The notes under the pieces are model-generated. The model saw only the letters and a list, made by a program, of their open reading frames with translations. It made no database searches and had not been told where the DNA came from. The position numbers were made by a program, and so were the translations under genes. Shown piece after piece: positions 39,509-52,426 of a stretch of 53,492 nt of DNA (the stretch's first letter is position 1; the number at the start of each line of letters is the position of its first letter). This stretch comes from Atractiella rhizophila (lineage: Eukaryota): the NCBI GenBank assembly GCA_021432655.1, contig MU271248.1, positions 71,176 to 124,667 on the forward strand. The letters are read 5' to 3'.

Positions 39509-41449
39509 AAACCGAGATGACAAACATAAATCGACCAGCCATAAACAAGAAGTGGTGCAACTTGAAGTTGTTCGTTTCATATAGGATATTAGGAAGGACT
39601 GGTTGAGGTTGGAATGTCCTGAATGCAGGCATTCGTAATTGGTCTCAAGCCGAAGAACGAGCCTCCCCCGCATGGGCAACTGAAAATGAGATGTCTCCCG
39701 CAACCGGAACGCGACGGGCATGACAGTGAAATTGACAATCGCGCGTCGAGATTTTGATGCTACCAATGCCGCAGTTATTTTGATTGTGATGTAAGCAGCG
39801 TTTTGAAAAAATTACAATTGTCGTCTGTAGTCATTCTCCTTGAATTGAGGCCTGCATTGCCGCTGTAATCATTGCTTCAGTGGATGGATGTCTAACAGTA
39901 TGGACCCATCCAAAGAACTGTTCTCCAGGTATCCCATACTGTATAATATATTTGGGCCATGGGCAAATGGGACAATATTCTCGTTGTATTGGCAGATCCC
40001 CAGCAATTCTCCATGTTATTACATTTCACGATAATGCCAACAGAGTTTCGAAAATCCGAAGTAGAAACGTTGAAACGGATCTTGTCATGCTGCTTTAGTG
40101 AAGGACTTTGATCAATCTGGAGTTCCCCTTGGCGGTATATCGTACGGGTGTTCAATCAGCTCCGTCCATTCTGGTACCCACCTATCGGTCTCCCCTTCTC
40201 CTGTAAGTGGATAAGGCTCGAACCTATCCTCCTTCCACTCACGAAAGAGACGTCCGCAAACTCCTCGTCCTGTGGAATACCCTTGACATGGACTACCACC
40301 TCCATGTCCCAATCGTCAATTTCTGGCCACGAGTATTCAATCTTTTGATTCTAATATGAGGGGTAGAGATTGCAGAAGCATGATTGCCAAGCAGGATTGA
40401 CTCCTTTCAGCCGCAGCGTCGTCGTTGCCCTTTCCGCCCGGAAGTCGCTACATGGACGATCTTTAAAGTCAATGCTAGCAAACACCCTCCATTTTTGGAC
40501 CTTGTAACCCTAACTGATCAGTGCTTTCCTCTTGTCAAAGTAGGGGATGCGTTTTAATACCGTCTCGACGTAAGGTCGGTAATCCGCCTGGCCATTGATG
40601 GACGACCGCGCGAAATCGGAGTTGATGTCCATGGATTGACGAAAGTAGAAGAGTTTGAATGGATGCTGAGGATTGTAAGGTAGGGTAACTGAGTTCGCGA
40701 AGAATGGGTGATGGTGCTGATAAGCAGGAAGGCAGAGATAGTTCTGGGTATTCGGTATGCGTACACCGCGACGGGAAGAGCAGTGAGGTGGAAGAGTTGT
40801 ACCGCTAAAAATGATTCAGGAACAGGTATGGCCAATGCAGTCATTAGCATGAGTGACGCTAGAAATGAGAGCCTTAGCTTTTCCTGCTGGGAGAGGAGTA
40901 GCCTCCGTGTCGCCCGCAGGTTCTCCGTCATCTACTACAGTTGGAGTCAGCTCAGTCGCCGCAGGTGATGTCGACAAGCGTGTGGCGGCAAAGTTGAAGG
41001 TGAGCGTCTGGGGCTCGAAAGGCAAGGAAAGCGGAAGGATGTTATCCTCCATGCTCTGTGGCGATCGAGATGAAGAGATCCCAGGAAAACCAAAAGAGCT
41101 CTGTTGTAAACTTGAATGACTATGTGCCGTGGGAGCAAGGAGATGCATCCAAAGGAGCAAAGAAAACGTCGCTCTCTGATGGACATGAGGTGAGTACGGG
41201 AAATCCAGAGCTCCAGGAAGGCAGGATTGATCCTGATTAGCGCTAGCAGGGAGATAGTGGTGCCGAGGAACGACACGAATACGGCGAGGGGAAAGCGTCC
41301 CGAACCGCCAGGGGAAACACTCGGATGCTGGCGATGGCAGGTGTCAAGACTACGTTCATGACTATGGCACCTGCGAAATACTATGCATATGCCTATGATT
41401 CACGCACTCACTGATATGGCTCGAAAACACAAGCATTGCGATCACAGTT
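39509..41449. repeat. Tandem duplication unit A (1,941 bp)
   Basis: Collinear with 41450-43390 at a constant 1,941 offset; only substitutions seen. Confidence 0.97.
40112..41312 (-). pseudogene. Degenerate paralog of the Pff1-like gene at 43972-45570 (copy A)
   Basis: Homologous peptides in several frames: GGSGRFPLAVFVSF..INP, FLAVQLF..LPVAVYAYRIP, LPYNPQHPF..RQSMDIN..RIPY, EWKEDRF.PYPL...WVPEW, with frameshifts and stops. Confidence 0.7.
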
Positions 41450-43390
41450 AAACCGAGATGACAAACATAAATCGACCAGCCATAAACAAGAAGTGGTGCA
41501 ACTTGAAGTTGTTCGTTTCATATAGGATATTAGGAAGGACTGGTTGAGGTTGGAATGTCCTGAATGCAGGCATTCGTAATTGGTCTCAAGCCGAAGAACG
41601 AGCCTCCCCCGCATGGGCAACTGAAAATGAGATGTCTCCCGCAACCGGAACGCGACGGGCATGACAGTGAAATTGACAATCGCGCGTCGAGATTTTGATG
41701 CTACCAATGCCGCAGTTATTTTGATTGTGATGTAAGCAGCGTTTTGAAAAAATTACAATTGTCGTCTGTAGTCATTCTCCTTGAATTGAGGCCTGCATTG
41801 CCGCTGTAATCATTGCTTCAGTGGATGGATGTCTAACAGTCTGGACCCATCCAGGGAACTTTTCTCCGGGTATCCCGTACTGTATAATATATTTGGGCCA
41901 TGGGCAAATGGGACAATATTCTCGTTGTATTGGCAGATCCCCAGCAATTCTCCATGTTATTACATTTCACGATAATGCCAACAGAGTTTCGAAAATCCGA
42001 AGTAGAAACGTTGAAACGGGTCTTGTCATGCTGCTTTAGTGAAGGACTTTGATCAATCTGGAGTTCCCCTTGGCGGTATATCGTACGGGTGTTCAATCAG
42101 CTCCGTCCATTCTGGTACCCACCTATCAGTCTCCCCTTCTCCTGTAAGTGGATAAGGCTCGAACCTATCCTCCTTCCACTCACGAAAGAGACGTCCGCAA
42201 ACTCCTCGTCCAGTGGAATACCCTTGACGTGGACTACCACCTCCATGTCCCAATCGTCAATTTCTGGCCACGAGTATTCAATCTTTTGATTCTAATATGA
42301 GGGGTAGAGATTGCAGAAGCATGATTGCCAAGCAGGATTGACTCCTTTCAGCCGCAACGTCGTCGTTGCCCTTTCCGCCCGGAAGTCGCTACATGGACGA
42401 TCTTTAAAGTCAATGCTAGCAAACACCCTCCATTTTTGGACCTTGTAACCCTAACTGATCAGTGCTTTCCTCTTGTCAAAGTAGGGGATGCGTTTTAATA
42501 CCGTCTCGACGTAAGGTCGGTAATCCGCCTGGCCATTGATGGACGACCGCGCGAAATCGGAGTTGATGTCCATGGATTGACGAAAGTAGAAGAGTTTGAA
42601 TGGATGCTGAGGATTGTAAGGTAGGGTAACTGAGTTCGCGAAGAATAAGCGATGGTGCTGATAAGCAGGAAGGCAGAGACAATTCTGGGTATTCGGTATG
42701 CGCACACCGCGACGGGAAGAGCAGTGAGGTGGAAGAGTTGTACCGCTAAAAATGATTCAGGAACAGGTATGGCCAATGCAGTCATTAGCATGAGTGACGC
42801 GAGAAATGAGAGCCTTAGCTTTTCCTGCTGGGAGAGGAGTAGCCTCCGTGTCGCCCGCAGGTTCTCCGTCATCTACTACAGTTGGAGTCAGCTCAGTCGC
42901 CGCAGGTGATGTCGACAAGCGTGTGGCGGCAAAGTTGAAGGTGAGCGTCTGGGGCTCGAAAGGCAAGGAAAGCGGAAGGATGTTATCCTCCATGCTCTGT
43001 GGCGATCGAGATGAAGAGATCCCAGGAAAACCAAAAGAGCTCTGTTGTAAACTTGAATGACTATGTGCCGTGGGAGCAAGGAGATGCATCCAAAGGAGCA
43101 AAGAAAACGTCGCTCTCTGATGGACATGAGGTGAGTACGGGAAATCCAGAGCTCCAGGAAGGCAGGATTGATCCTGATTAGCGCTAGGAGGGAGATAGTG
43201 GTGCCGAGGAACGACACGAATACGGCGAGGGGAAAGCGTCCCGAACCGCCAGGGGAAACACTCGGATGCTGGCGATGGCAGGTGTCAGGACTACGTTTAT
43301 GACTATGGCACCTGCGAAATACTATGCATATGCCTATGATTCACGCACTCACTGATATGGCTCGAAAACACAAGCATTGCGATCACAGTT
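41450..43390. repeat. Tandem duplication unit B (1,941 bp)
   Basis: Collinear with 39509-41449. Confidence 0.97.
42053..43253 (-). pseudogene. Degenerate paralog of the Pff1-like gene (copy B)
   Basis: Same fragments and the same frame disruptions as copy A. Confidence 0.7.
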
Positions 43391-43971
43391 TGTGAAGGCT
43401 CTGCATAACCTGCGCTTCGATTGCCTCCTCGTAATGCTGAACAAGGGAAGGCACAGAGAAAGTTCAGTACAGGTCAAGTGTTTCTACCCGTGGCTATATA
43501 CACTTGGCGCAAAATATCATGAACTTGCCAATGCCATTGCCAACTTAAATCAACAGACCGCGCAGGACTACAAGGAAGAACATTCGAACAACATTGCCAA
43601 GGGATAAACGGGATGCTCAAGTCAGGTGGGGAAATAACATTCGGCTCTTTAACACAATTGGGTATCACTGGACTGAGTGCAGTTGTAACTCGAAAATTCG
43701 TCGTTAAGCAGGAGACAGGACGACCGAGTCAAGCAGCCTCAAAGACGCCTAACCAGGTTTAACCCAGGTGATAAAGGACCTTTCCGAAAGGTGAGTGCCG
43801 TTGAAGTACTGCACACATGCATCCTCTGCTGCGTTCTTTAACTCAAATATATGTTCAGGGTTATCTTGCTTGGAATTGAAGGCCTCTTCCATCAGCACGG
43901 CGGTCAGGAAGGAAACTCCAAACATTGATATCGCGACATACCATCCAACGGTCGACTCTGAGCGAGCAACA

Positions 43972-45570
43972 ATGTTTCTTCAGCCAAATCAAGGTAAGCA
44001 TTTAGTACTCCCTCCTCTGCGTGTGAGACTTTCTCCATTGAGACGCTCACTCAATTTGGTCAGCTTCTACAAGTCTAAACTTGGTCCTCACACCTTTCTC
44101 TCCTATAATCGTGCTCTACTTCCGGGAGAAGCTCAAACGGTCGAGAATCGACCTAAGGGGCGGATGGGGTCGCCTTCCTCTGGCCGTCATCATTTGCTTC
44201 GCAGGCCAACTGTCTGCTCTCCTCAATGTTAACACAATCAATCCCGGAGTGATTGACTCTTGGCCCACAGCTACCTATCTAATGCTTGCCGGTGCTGCTT
44301 TCAGTTTCCTCGTAGGACCGATTCAGCTCATGTCTCCCATCGAGAACCAGTGCTACAGAATTGCGACACAGATTTACTGGCTATTTTGGATCTTTGCGGT
44401 CATCAACCTTTTTGACATGGTTACAAATGCCTATGGAGAATACCACATCTCACCCTATCTGGCCTTTTTTGGCCAGATTCTCTCCCTCGCCTTTTCTGCT
44501 AGAAGCGTTTCGAAAAATACCGCGCCTGTTCTGCCAGAAACGAACCAAGCTCCCGTCACAAGTTCAGAGACTATTAGAGATCTTGCCGGAAACGCACACC
44601 AAAGAGATACAACCGAGGCGGGTGAGACCACACCTCTTCTATTACGCGTCAAACAAAGTAGATGGAATCTCTCCCTCCACACCGTGGACGTGGATGAAGC
44701 TCTCGCCGCTTTCTTCCAGATCATCGTCGTGGTCCCGTCCCTTATTTGGTACACGGTCTACAGATTGAAAGAATGGGAGACCTGGGATTGTCGCGCCTTG
44801 GAGGTAGGGTACCCTCCTCCATCATCTCTGATCATCCTTGCTCACTTGGTTTCAAAGAGGCCCTACTCGCCACTCAGCTTTTTGTTGTTCTTTTCTTCCC
44901 CTTCGCAGTATACGCCCACCGAATCCCCAAAGCAGTCACTGCCGTCGTCCTGCTCCTCTCAATCGGACTGACCGTATTCAACCTCCTTGTCGTGCCTTAC
45001 AGCTCCGCCTATCCCTTCAGAGTCGACGTGCAACAGACATTGAATATCGACGGTCCGTTTCTCCATAGTGCCATCACAGCATCTGGCAGACACGAGAAAT
45101 ATCTGCGCAGGGTAGTGGAACGGATACCGTGGGCGAAAAAAGAGGACATCAAGATGACGTGGAATTGGTCGTACGGCAGGGCCGATGCGACGGTGGCAAT
45201 TGATATAATGGACAGACCTTCCTCCCAATTTGGGTTGCAGATACTGGAGCGAAGGCGTGATCGGTCGAATGGGTATCTCAAAGTGAAGGGAATCAACCCG
45301 TATGCTTGCGACATCCAGGAGGAGCGATACAACAAGGTTGACTTCTCGTGGACACTCGTCAATGATTGGGAGCAAGAAATCAGCATTTACATCTACAATA
45401 TCCCTCCAGGACCTTTTAAGGCGTTTTTCAGGTGCAATTGGGATGAAGCTCGCTTTGGTCCTTTTCCACTCGTAAGGAAGGAAGAGTCCAAAGATTGGCT
45501 ACCTGAGTGGGCGGACTTGTATCCTGTGTATTGGCAGTATCGTGGTTGGACCGCACGGTTTGTAATCTAA
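43972..45570 (+). CDS. Multi-pass membrane protein resembling the TM and C-terminal part of Pff1/ERMP1-type M28 proteases, without a peptidase domain
   Basis: MFLQPNQ|ASTSLNLVL...GGWGRLPLA...INP...; PFAVYAHRIP..., VPYSSAYPFRVDVQQTLNID, RCNWDE...WLPEWA. Family resemblance is from recall and needs an HMM check. Confidence 0.65.
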
Positions 45571-45666
45571 ATGACGTCTGAATGGACACAATTTACACAT
45601 GTCGCATGTTGCAGAAGTGAATACAACAAAGTTATTGACCAACTACAACATGCCGAATGCGACGGT

Positions 45667-48353
45667 TCAAGCACCAATATGCCAATCTAGTCGTTCTGAC
45701 CATTTGGGCATCATTTCTGCTATTTGCTGGACATCTTTGTCTCCCCTTCCAGACAAAGTCTAACGCAACTTCAGTTGGAGGTGGACCGGACACGAAGAGA
45801 AAAATCCATACCACCACAATTATTGCATCCTTCGGCATCGTCTTTGCCAGTTGAACAGCTCCCCAAATAGCGTGAGATGATTCCAAAGCTATCCTTCCAT
45901 GAGCTTTTCTTCGTCAGGGAAAACTCGAAAACGTGCCGGGTATTATGCCCTCTGTCTCGGTGAGCATTCGAAACCCGCGCAGCGCTTCCTCATCGCTTGC
46001 AGCAACATACTCCGCTCGTCCAATATCCTTCAAAAACGCATGTTCAGGGCCTACGCCTGGATAATCGAGACCCGCCGAGATAGAATGCGTCTCGATAATT
46101 TGGCCGTCCGGTGTTTGGAGCAAGTATGTCTTCACACCATGCAGGACGCCGACTGTACCCTTAGAAAGTGTGGCAGAGTGGCGGTCTGTGTTTAATCCTA
46201 CAACAACCGTATTTAAGTATGGTCTGGTAAAGTGGAATCAAAATTTTACCATCGCCAGCAGCTTCAACGCCGACCATGCGAACACTCTTGTCGTTTATGA
46301 AAGGATAGAATGTCCTACAAAACATTAGGCCGTCACATTTGCAAGTTGGCACAAAGAGCAGTGACATACCCAATTGCATTGCTTCCACCTCCAACACAAG
46401 CAACCACGGCATCGGGAAGTGCTTTCCCTGTGGCTTCTTTTAACTGCGTCTTGATTTCTTTGCCGATTACGGATTGAAAATCTCGAACGAGCGTAGGGAA
46501 GGGATGAGGACCAATAGCTGAGCCGATAATGTAATGCGTTGTAGCAAGATTCGTAACCCAATCCCTCATAGCCTCATCTACCCTCAGGTGAGCAGGGCTT
46601 ACGTGGATCGAAATACTACCTACTTGTTGCATCTTTGAGAGTCTGGCTTCCGCTCTTGACCGGGATAACCTGCGAAAGGTTTACTCAGTATTTTTTTTTA
46701 GAATATTGTGAACACATACCTTGGCACCAAGCAGGTTTATGCGGAATACGTTGAGAGCTTGCCGCCGCACATCTTCTGCTCCCATGTAGATGACACACTC
46801 ATACCCAAACTTTGCACAGACTGTAGCAGTTGCCACACCATGTTGTCCAGCTCCAGTCTCTGCGATGATTCGTTTCTTCCCTAATCGCTTCGCTAGGAGA
46901 ATCTATTACACGTTTTTGATCAATGCCGAATACTTGTAAGGGACGGGCAACGAACTTGTCCCATCGCGTTGTTAATTTTATGACTACCCGTATGATTCAA
47001 GTCTTCCCTCTTCAACCAGATTTGTGCTCCTCCCGTCTCTTGAGTCAACCTCTCGGCGTAGTATAGGTTACTTGGACGCCCCATGTAGGTGTAATGGCTC
47101 TCGAGTTCTTTAATGAACTCTGGATCTCTCATTGCCTGTTTGTGAACCGCCTCCAACTCCTCGATGCAGTCGAATAGAGCCTCTGGCACATACTGCCCTC
47201 CAAAATTCTCCAAAGCGCGGTGGGGAGCTCGTCAGTGATCACAGGTAATCCATCGACAACGACTTGTGTTTTTGAGGATAAGCTCCCTCGTCCATAGCAC
47301 CTATCTCAGTCTGGGGCTTGTAATCACTCTTCTTTGACCGCGCATCGTGTCCTCCGCTGACTTCTCGACAGAACGCCTCCACGGCTTCGGCTTCCTTACC
47401 CTCTTCCGCGTCCTTCAGAATCTGCACGATTTTCGAGCCGATAACGACGCCTTCGGACAGGTAGCCGACCTGATCGAAGTGTGAGCGGTTCGAGATTCCG
47501 AAGCCTACGGCGAGAGGTTTCTCATGATCGGAACTCTCTTTTGTCAAGTTTCGAATGCGATTGAGGAGCGGTTTGAGCGTAGCAGAAACCGTAGAACTAG
47601 CGCCAGTGACGCCCATCTATTTGAATGATGAAAGAGGCACGGAAGGAATGCGAGCCAACGTACTTTGGAGACAACGTAGACAAAGGTGTCCGCGATGCTG
47701 GTGAGTAGTTTTATGCGCTTGTCGGAAGTGGAAGGGGCAATAAGGGGAATATATGACATCCTGAACAAGAATCAGGCTATCACCTTTCATGTACGGAAAG
47801 GGACGTGCTCCTCTTGTTTGCAGAAATTGCGGAATTTGACAGCTTCCTCGGGAGGTGCGTCAACGATGATGAAACCATTGGCACCTGACGTCTTTGCATC
47901 CTTGATAGCTTGCTCCTCACGATAAGCAAGAAGAGGGTTCAGATAACCTGGCCGTTCTTTAGCACAGGATTATTGATAGAAGACTGGAGCGCACCCATGA
48001 GAATGATCGGAGTCTTGAGACCTTTCTCTCTAGCAGCTTTGACAAACCCAAGCGTCTTCCGATAATCAATTTTATGATTCAAAGCAATCTGAACCGCAGT
48101 ATGTTCCCCAATTCCCTCAAGCTAGAGAAGTAGACAAACTGACCTGATTGCTCTCCTGTATCGCTGGTCCATCAGCTGTAGGATCCGTGAAAGGAACCCC
48201 AATTTCAATAATATCCGTTCCACCTCTCTCGAGGGCCAATAAAAGGTCTACAAAGATGTCTGGATTGGGATAGCCTGCTGTTAGAAAGCAGACGAGAGCA
48301 GTTTCGTCCTGAGCTGCCCGTTTTTTGAAGACTTGTCGGATCGCTTCTGACAT
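45667..48353 (-). CDS. TRP5: Tryptophan synthase, fused alpha-beta chains
   Basis: Alpha: [32 protein letters not shown]. Beta: [68 protein letters not shown]. Confidence 0.97.
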
Positions 48354-48458
48354 TTTGCGGGAGAATCTGTGGGGTCCGTTGATGCTCGTTCCAAGATATT
48401 GCCAGTCGTTACAGGACTACAAAATTGTTATAAAGACTTGTGGTGATCTTGCTCTTCC

Positions 48459-48504
48459 TGACTCCTTCACAAAAAATGCGGACACTCCGCATTCTCCGAC
48501 GCGT
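48459..48504. promoter_or_regulatory. Candidate Gcn4-type site, CGG-N5-CCG palindrome and MCB element in the TRP5/RAD9 divergent promoter
   Basis: TGACTC 48459-48464; AATGCGGA-CAC-TCCGCATT 48475-48493; ACGCGT 48499-48504. Confidence 0.45.
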
Positions 48505-48551
48505 CTTCAACACGATCACGAATTCACGACCACGAAAAAGAGCAGACACGG

Positions 48552-49974
48552 ATGGACTTCACAATATTAGCACCTAACATAAAACGTTTGGCTTATGCTC
48601 CTCATTATCGCGAATCTGACCTGTGAAAAGTGCTCACGAAATGCCTCTCATGTATCTCCAAGTTCAGTCAAGAGCTGACCATGAACGTCCCACGCACATA
48701 TGACATGCATCTATCGACCGTGAACTCCTCACGCTCTGCGTTCTGTCGCTTCTCTTTCAAGGATGAGTTCTTCGACAAGTTCACGCTCGGAAGCCCAAAA
48801 TCCATAAAGGGGAAAGGGAAGGAAAGAGCTCGGAATGAGGAGGGCAGTCCAGTTTGCGTGCAAGCTATCACAAAAGTGCGTTCTTCATCGTGGAAGAAGT
48901 GGGTTGGTCGAAAGGTTGAGTTGAGCTTTGTTAAGGCGATCCTGTCCACGTTGAAGCAAAGAACGACTCAGGCTTCTCAAGCTGTTGAATCAGTCTCCTT
49001 CTCCATTTCAGACAGCCCGATTACCCGCGGCAGCACTGCGAAGAAGAAGAGAAAGCGTGAAGAGAGCTCTGAAGAAGAGGAAGAAGAAGACCTATCGTTG
49101 CACAGTGGGGTGAACGCGGGAGAGTGTAGAATCGTGGTCAGGCTTGACTGCAAACATGGTCCGTCTACTCGTAGTGAGGTGACATGGCATGATGCGCATA
49201 GGATGCAGGCGTGACAAAGACTCATCGTTTGCACTACAGCCAGGGCACAATTCTTACTCCAAATGCCACTCAATCCAGTACCAGCTCAAGCTGGAGCATC
49301 AGTGCATCAAAGCTCAAGAAGCTGTAGGACTTTCTGCATAGCCTTTTCTAATAAGGAACTGACTTCTAACAGCATGGATCATTTCCAAGGCTCAGGAGGA
49401 AATGGGAAAGATGAAATCACAATGCTCTTCGGGGAGGATAGAATAAAGATGAAGAGTCTGGAAGAGAGCGATGACTATGTTGGTGCTCCTAAAGGCAAAA
49501 GAGCCAAAAGTTTGCCTTCTCTTTTATTTGTGGTATCACATTGCTGAGAGGTGTAAGTAGCTTCTGAGAAGCATCGGCCCCAGGGAACGAGTACGGAAGT
49601 TAGTCCAGACATTGAAGACTTTGACGAGTACAACGTTATCGGCGAGTCCATAATTACGATTAATCTGAAAGATTTCAAAGTGAGCTCTCCTTTTGTCTTT
49701 CCAGAATGATAGTCAAGTTGTTTAGGCAATAATCTTTCTCGCCGACTCCCTGGAGAGCACAATCGAAGCTTTCTTCTCAACTGCCGGAGATCCCCTGCAC
49801 ATCAAGCTCTTCCCTCCGCTGGTCGACATCGAGTTCGTCCTCGCCACTCTTCCTGGAGACCCGGCAAATATTGGAACAATAGTCAAAGGGGAGAAAGCGA
49901 GTGTACCACCTCCAACTAATCCGACGCGTCCAACGGGAACTTCAGCAACTGCCTCGAGAATGGCATCTTTGAAT
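48552..49974 (+). CDS. RAD9: Rad9/Ddc1 subunit of the 9-1-1 checkpoint clamp (3' end lost in the gap)
   Basis: MDFTILAPNIK|LLTKCLSCISKFSQEL...LSTVNSSRSAFCRFSF...FF; CRIVVRLDCKH|GVTKTHRLHY; DFDEYNV...ITINLKDFK. Confidence 0.88.
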
Positions 49975-50904
49975 NNNNNNNNNNNNNNNNNNNNNNNNNN
50001 NNNNNNNNNNNNNNNNNNNNNNNNNNNNNNNNNNNNNNNNNNNNNNNNNNNNNNNNNNNNNNNNNNNNNNNNNNNNNNNNNNNNNNNNNNNNNNNNNNNN
50101 NNNNNNNNNNNNNNNNNNNNNNNNNNNNNNNNNNNNNNNNNNNNNNNNNNNNNNNNNNNNNNNNNNNNNNNNNNNNNNNNNNNNNNNNNNNNNNNNNNNN
50201 NNNNNNNNNNNNNNNNNNNNNNNNNNNNNNNNNNNNNNNNNNNNNNNNNNNNNNNNNNNNNNNNNNNNNNNNNNNNNNNNNNNNNNNNNNNNNNNNNNNN
50301 NNNNNNNNNNNNNNNNNNNNNNNNNNNNNNNNNNNNNNNNNNNNNNNNNNNNNNNNNNNNNNNNNNNNNNNNNNNNNNNNNNNNNNNNNNNNNNNNNNNN
50401 NNNNNNNNNNNNNNNNNNNNNNNNNNNNNNNNNNNNNNNNNNNNNNNNNNNNNNNNNNNNNNNNNNNNNNNNNNNNNNNNNNNNNNNNNNNNNNNNNNNN
50501 NNNNNNNNNNNNNNNNNNNNNNNNNNNNNNNNNNNNNNNNNNNNNNNNNNNNNNNNNNNNNNNNNNNNNNNNNNNNNNNNNNNNNNNNNNNNNNNNNNNN
50601 NNNNNNNNNNNNNNNNNNNNNNNNNNNNNNNNNNNNNNNNNNNNNNNNNNNNNNNNNNNNNNNNNNNNNNNNNNNNNNNNNNNNNNNNNNNNNNNNNNNN
50701 NNNNNNNNNNNNNNNNNNNNNNNNNNNNNNNNNNNNNNNNNNNNNNNNNNNNNNNNNNNNNNNNNNNNNNNNNNNNNNNNNNNNNNNNNNNNNNNNNNNN
50801 NNNNNNNNNNNNNNNNNNNNNNNNNNNNNNNNNNNNNNNNNNNNNNNNNNNNNNNNNNNNNNNNNNNNNNNNNNNNNNNNNNNNNNNNNNNNNNNNNNNN
50901 NNNN
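49975..50904. other. Assembly gap (930 N)
   Basis: Run of N. Confidence 1.
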
Positions 50905-52426
50905 AAATATAACTGGACCTGAAGCGAACATCGTTTCCAGCTGCTATTTGCCCATCGCTCCTCTCCAAAGTACCAGGCCATGAAGGGAATGAAGTCCTGA
51001 AAGTCGAGAGAACAGAAATTGATGATCACTCTGGTTAGCTGTGAGTTGTTTACCAGATGGAGATTAGACATGCAGCTGGTGAAGAAGTCGGAAGGCAGCA
51101 AATTGCTGTTGTCATGCACTCCATCCAATGCGAGATAAGTAAGATGATCCAAGTAAGCTATAGATAAAGCTGTCGGAAAGCGATAAGGTTCCATTGATAA
51201 GTCATGAAAACCTTCCAAGCGTTCGATTTTGCTATGGGACGAGGATTGCATTAAATTTTCGCCAAATGGACTTGGGAAGTGGCATTGACTCAAACAGAGG
51301 TTGCGTAGCGATGGTAAGTGTAATGCTTCTGCCGATATTGGAGGTTGACCAGGAGCGCAAACGATTTCTCGCAGATTGAGGTCTTGCAAGTTAGCCCTCC
51401 ATCTACTTCTCAGCAGTAGCTCCTCAACTTCTCCCCAGTTCCACGGTTCACCAGGTCCCCGAGTAGATTGATGAGGGGTGTAATCGTTATCAAAAAAGAG
51501 TTGTTGGACATGTTCCAGCTTGGACAAAGCAGTGAGGATTGCTCTTCGCTCCATTTTCAGAGGCAGGGCTGAAATTCGAATGCGACGAATCCGTAAAGCT
51601 TGAGAAAGGAGAAAAGGAATGTCGCAGCGGAGGTCTCCAAACCTGTAATCAAAAATTTCCCAAAACCTCCCAGCATGAGGAGAGGCAGATAGCTTCTCTA
51701 GTTTTTCACGGCAAGATCGAGGCTCTCCATCATATGCTGAGACAATGGCTTTCCACTTGTCGCAGACTGCCGAAATCGTTGACCAAAAGCTATCGGAGTC
51801 TGCAAGATCGAGGAAACTAAAGATCAACTCCAGAATTTCCGTTGGAAGCTCTTGAACAACGCATCTTCCTCTACTTGCGGAGAACTGGACGACAACGACA
51901 CCATCAGTCGTGTCAGTGTCTACATCCTCCGTCCAATTCCCCATAACCCAGATCGACCTAGAATGTGGCTTCGGAGACTCAGGTACGAGCTTCGCGATGA
52001 GGTACCATCTTCGAGTTGGATCCGTCGACAAATCAACCACGATTTCCATCCACATTCCATCACTAGGTTCTCTCGCCTCATCTGGCTGGCTTGTCAGAGA
52101 AATTCTTTGACATAAAGCATAATCTGGCTCGACATAAACGGAGATCCTCCCTCGTGAAGATGGGATGACAAGAAAGTGCGGTGCATCCTTTGCATTGGAG
52201 TTAACCATGGGACGGAGGAAACAGTGGATTTGTGTGATGCCCGTTTTGCAGAAAGATGGAGTGATGGCGAACACGACACCACTCCTCCGATCCTTCTGAA
52301 GCTGGAAAGTGTGGAGGTAGCCACGTCCGCTGTTTACACAGACATGTCAACTTCTTGCAGCGTCAAGGCAGATTGGAAGGAAAGAGATAATGGCGTTTGA
52401 ACTCACTGGATTTCAAGCTCATTCAT
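50905..52426 (-). CDS. F-box protein with an internal F-box and LRR-like C-terminus (3' end in the gap)
   Basis: ELPTEILELIFSFLD...ISAVCDKWKAIV; LxxLxL segments (LQDLNL, LPSLRNLCLS, LTYLAL). Inferred first exon MNELEIH (GTGAGT donor). Confidence 0.78.

Noticed and set aside
40505..40514. TAACCCTAAC telomere-like sequence (also ~42446)
   Set aside because: Fewer than two repeat units, which is expected by chance.
45667..48353. Alpha-beta fusion of tryptophan synthase
   Set aside because: This is the normal architecture in fungi.
49722..52274. 850-aa ORF and other X-rich ORFs
   Set aside because: These are artefacts of translating through the 930-N gap; the part left of the gap is antisense to RAD9.
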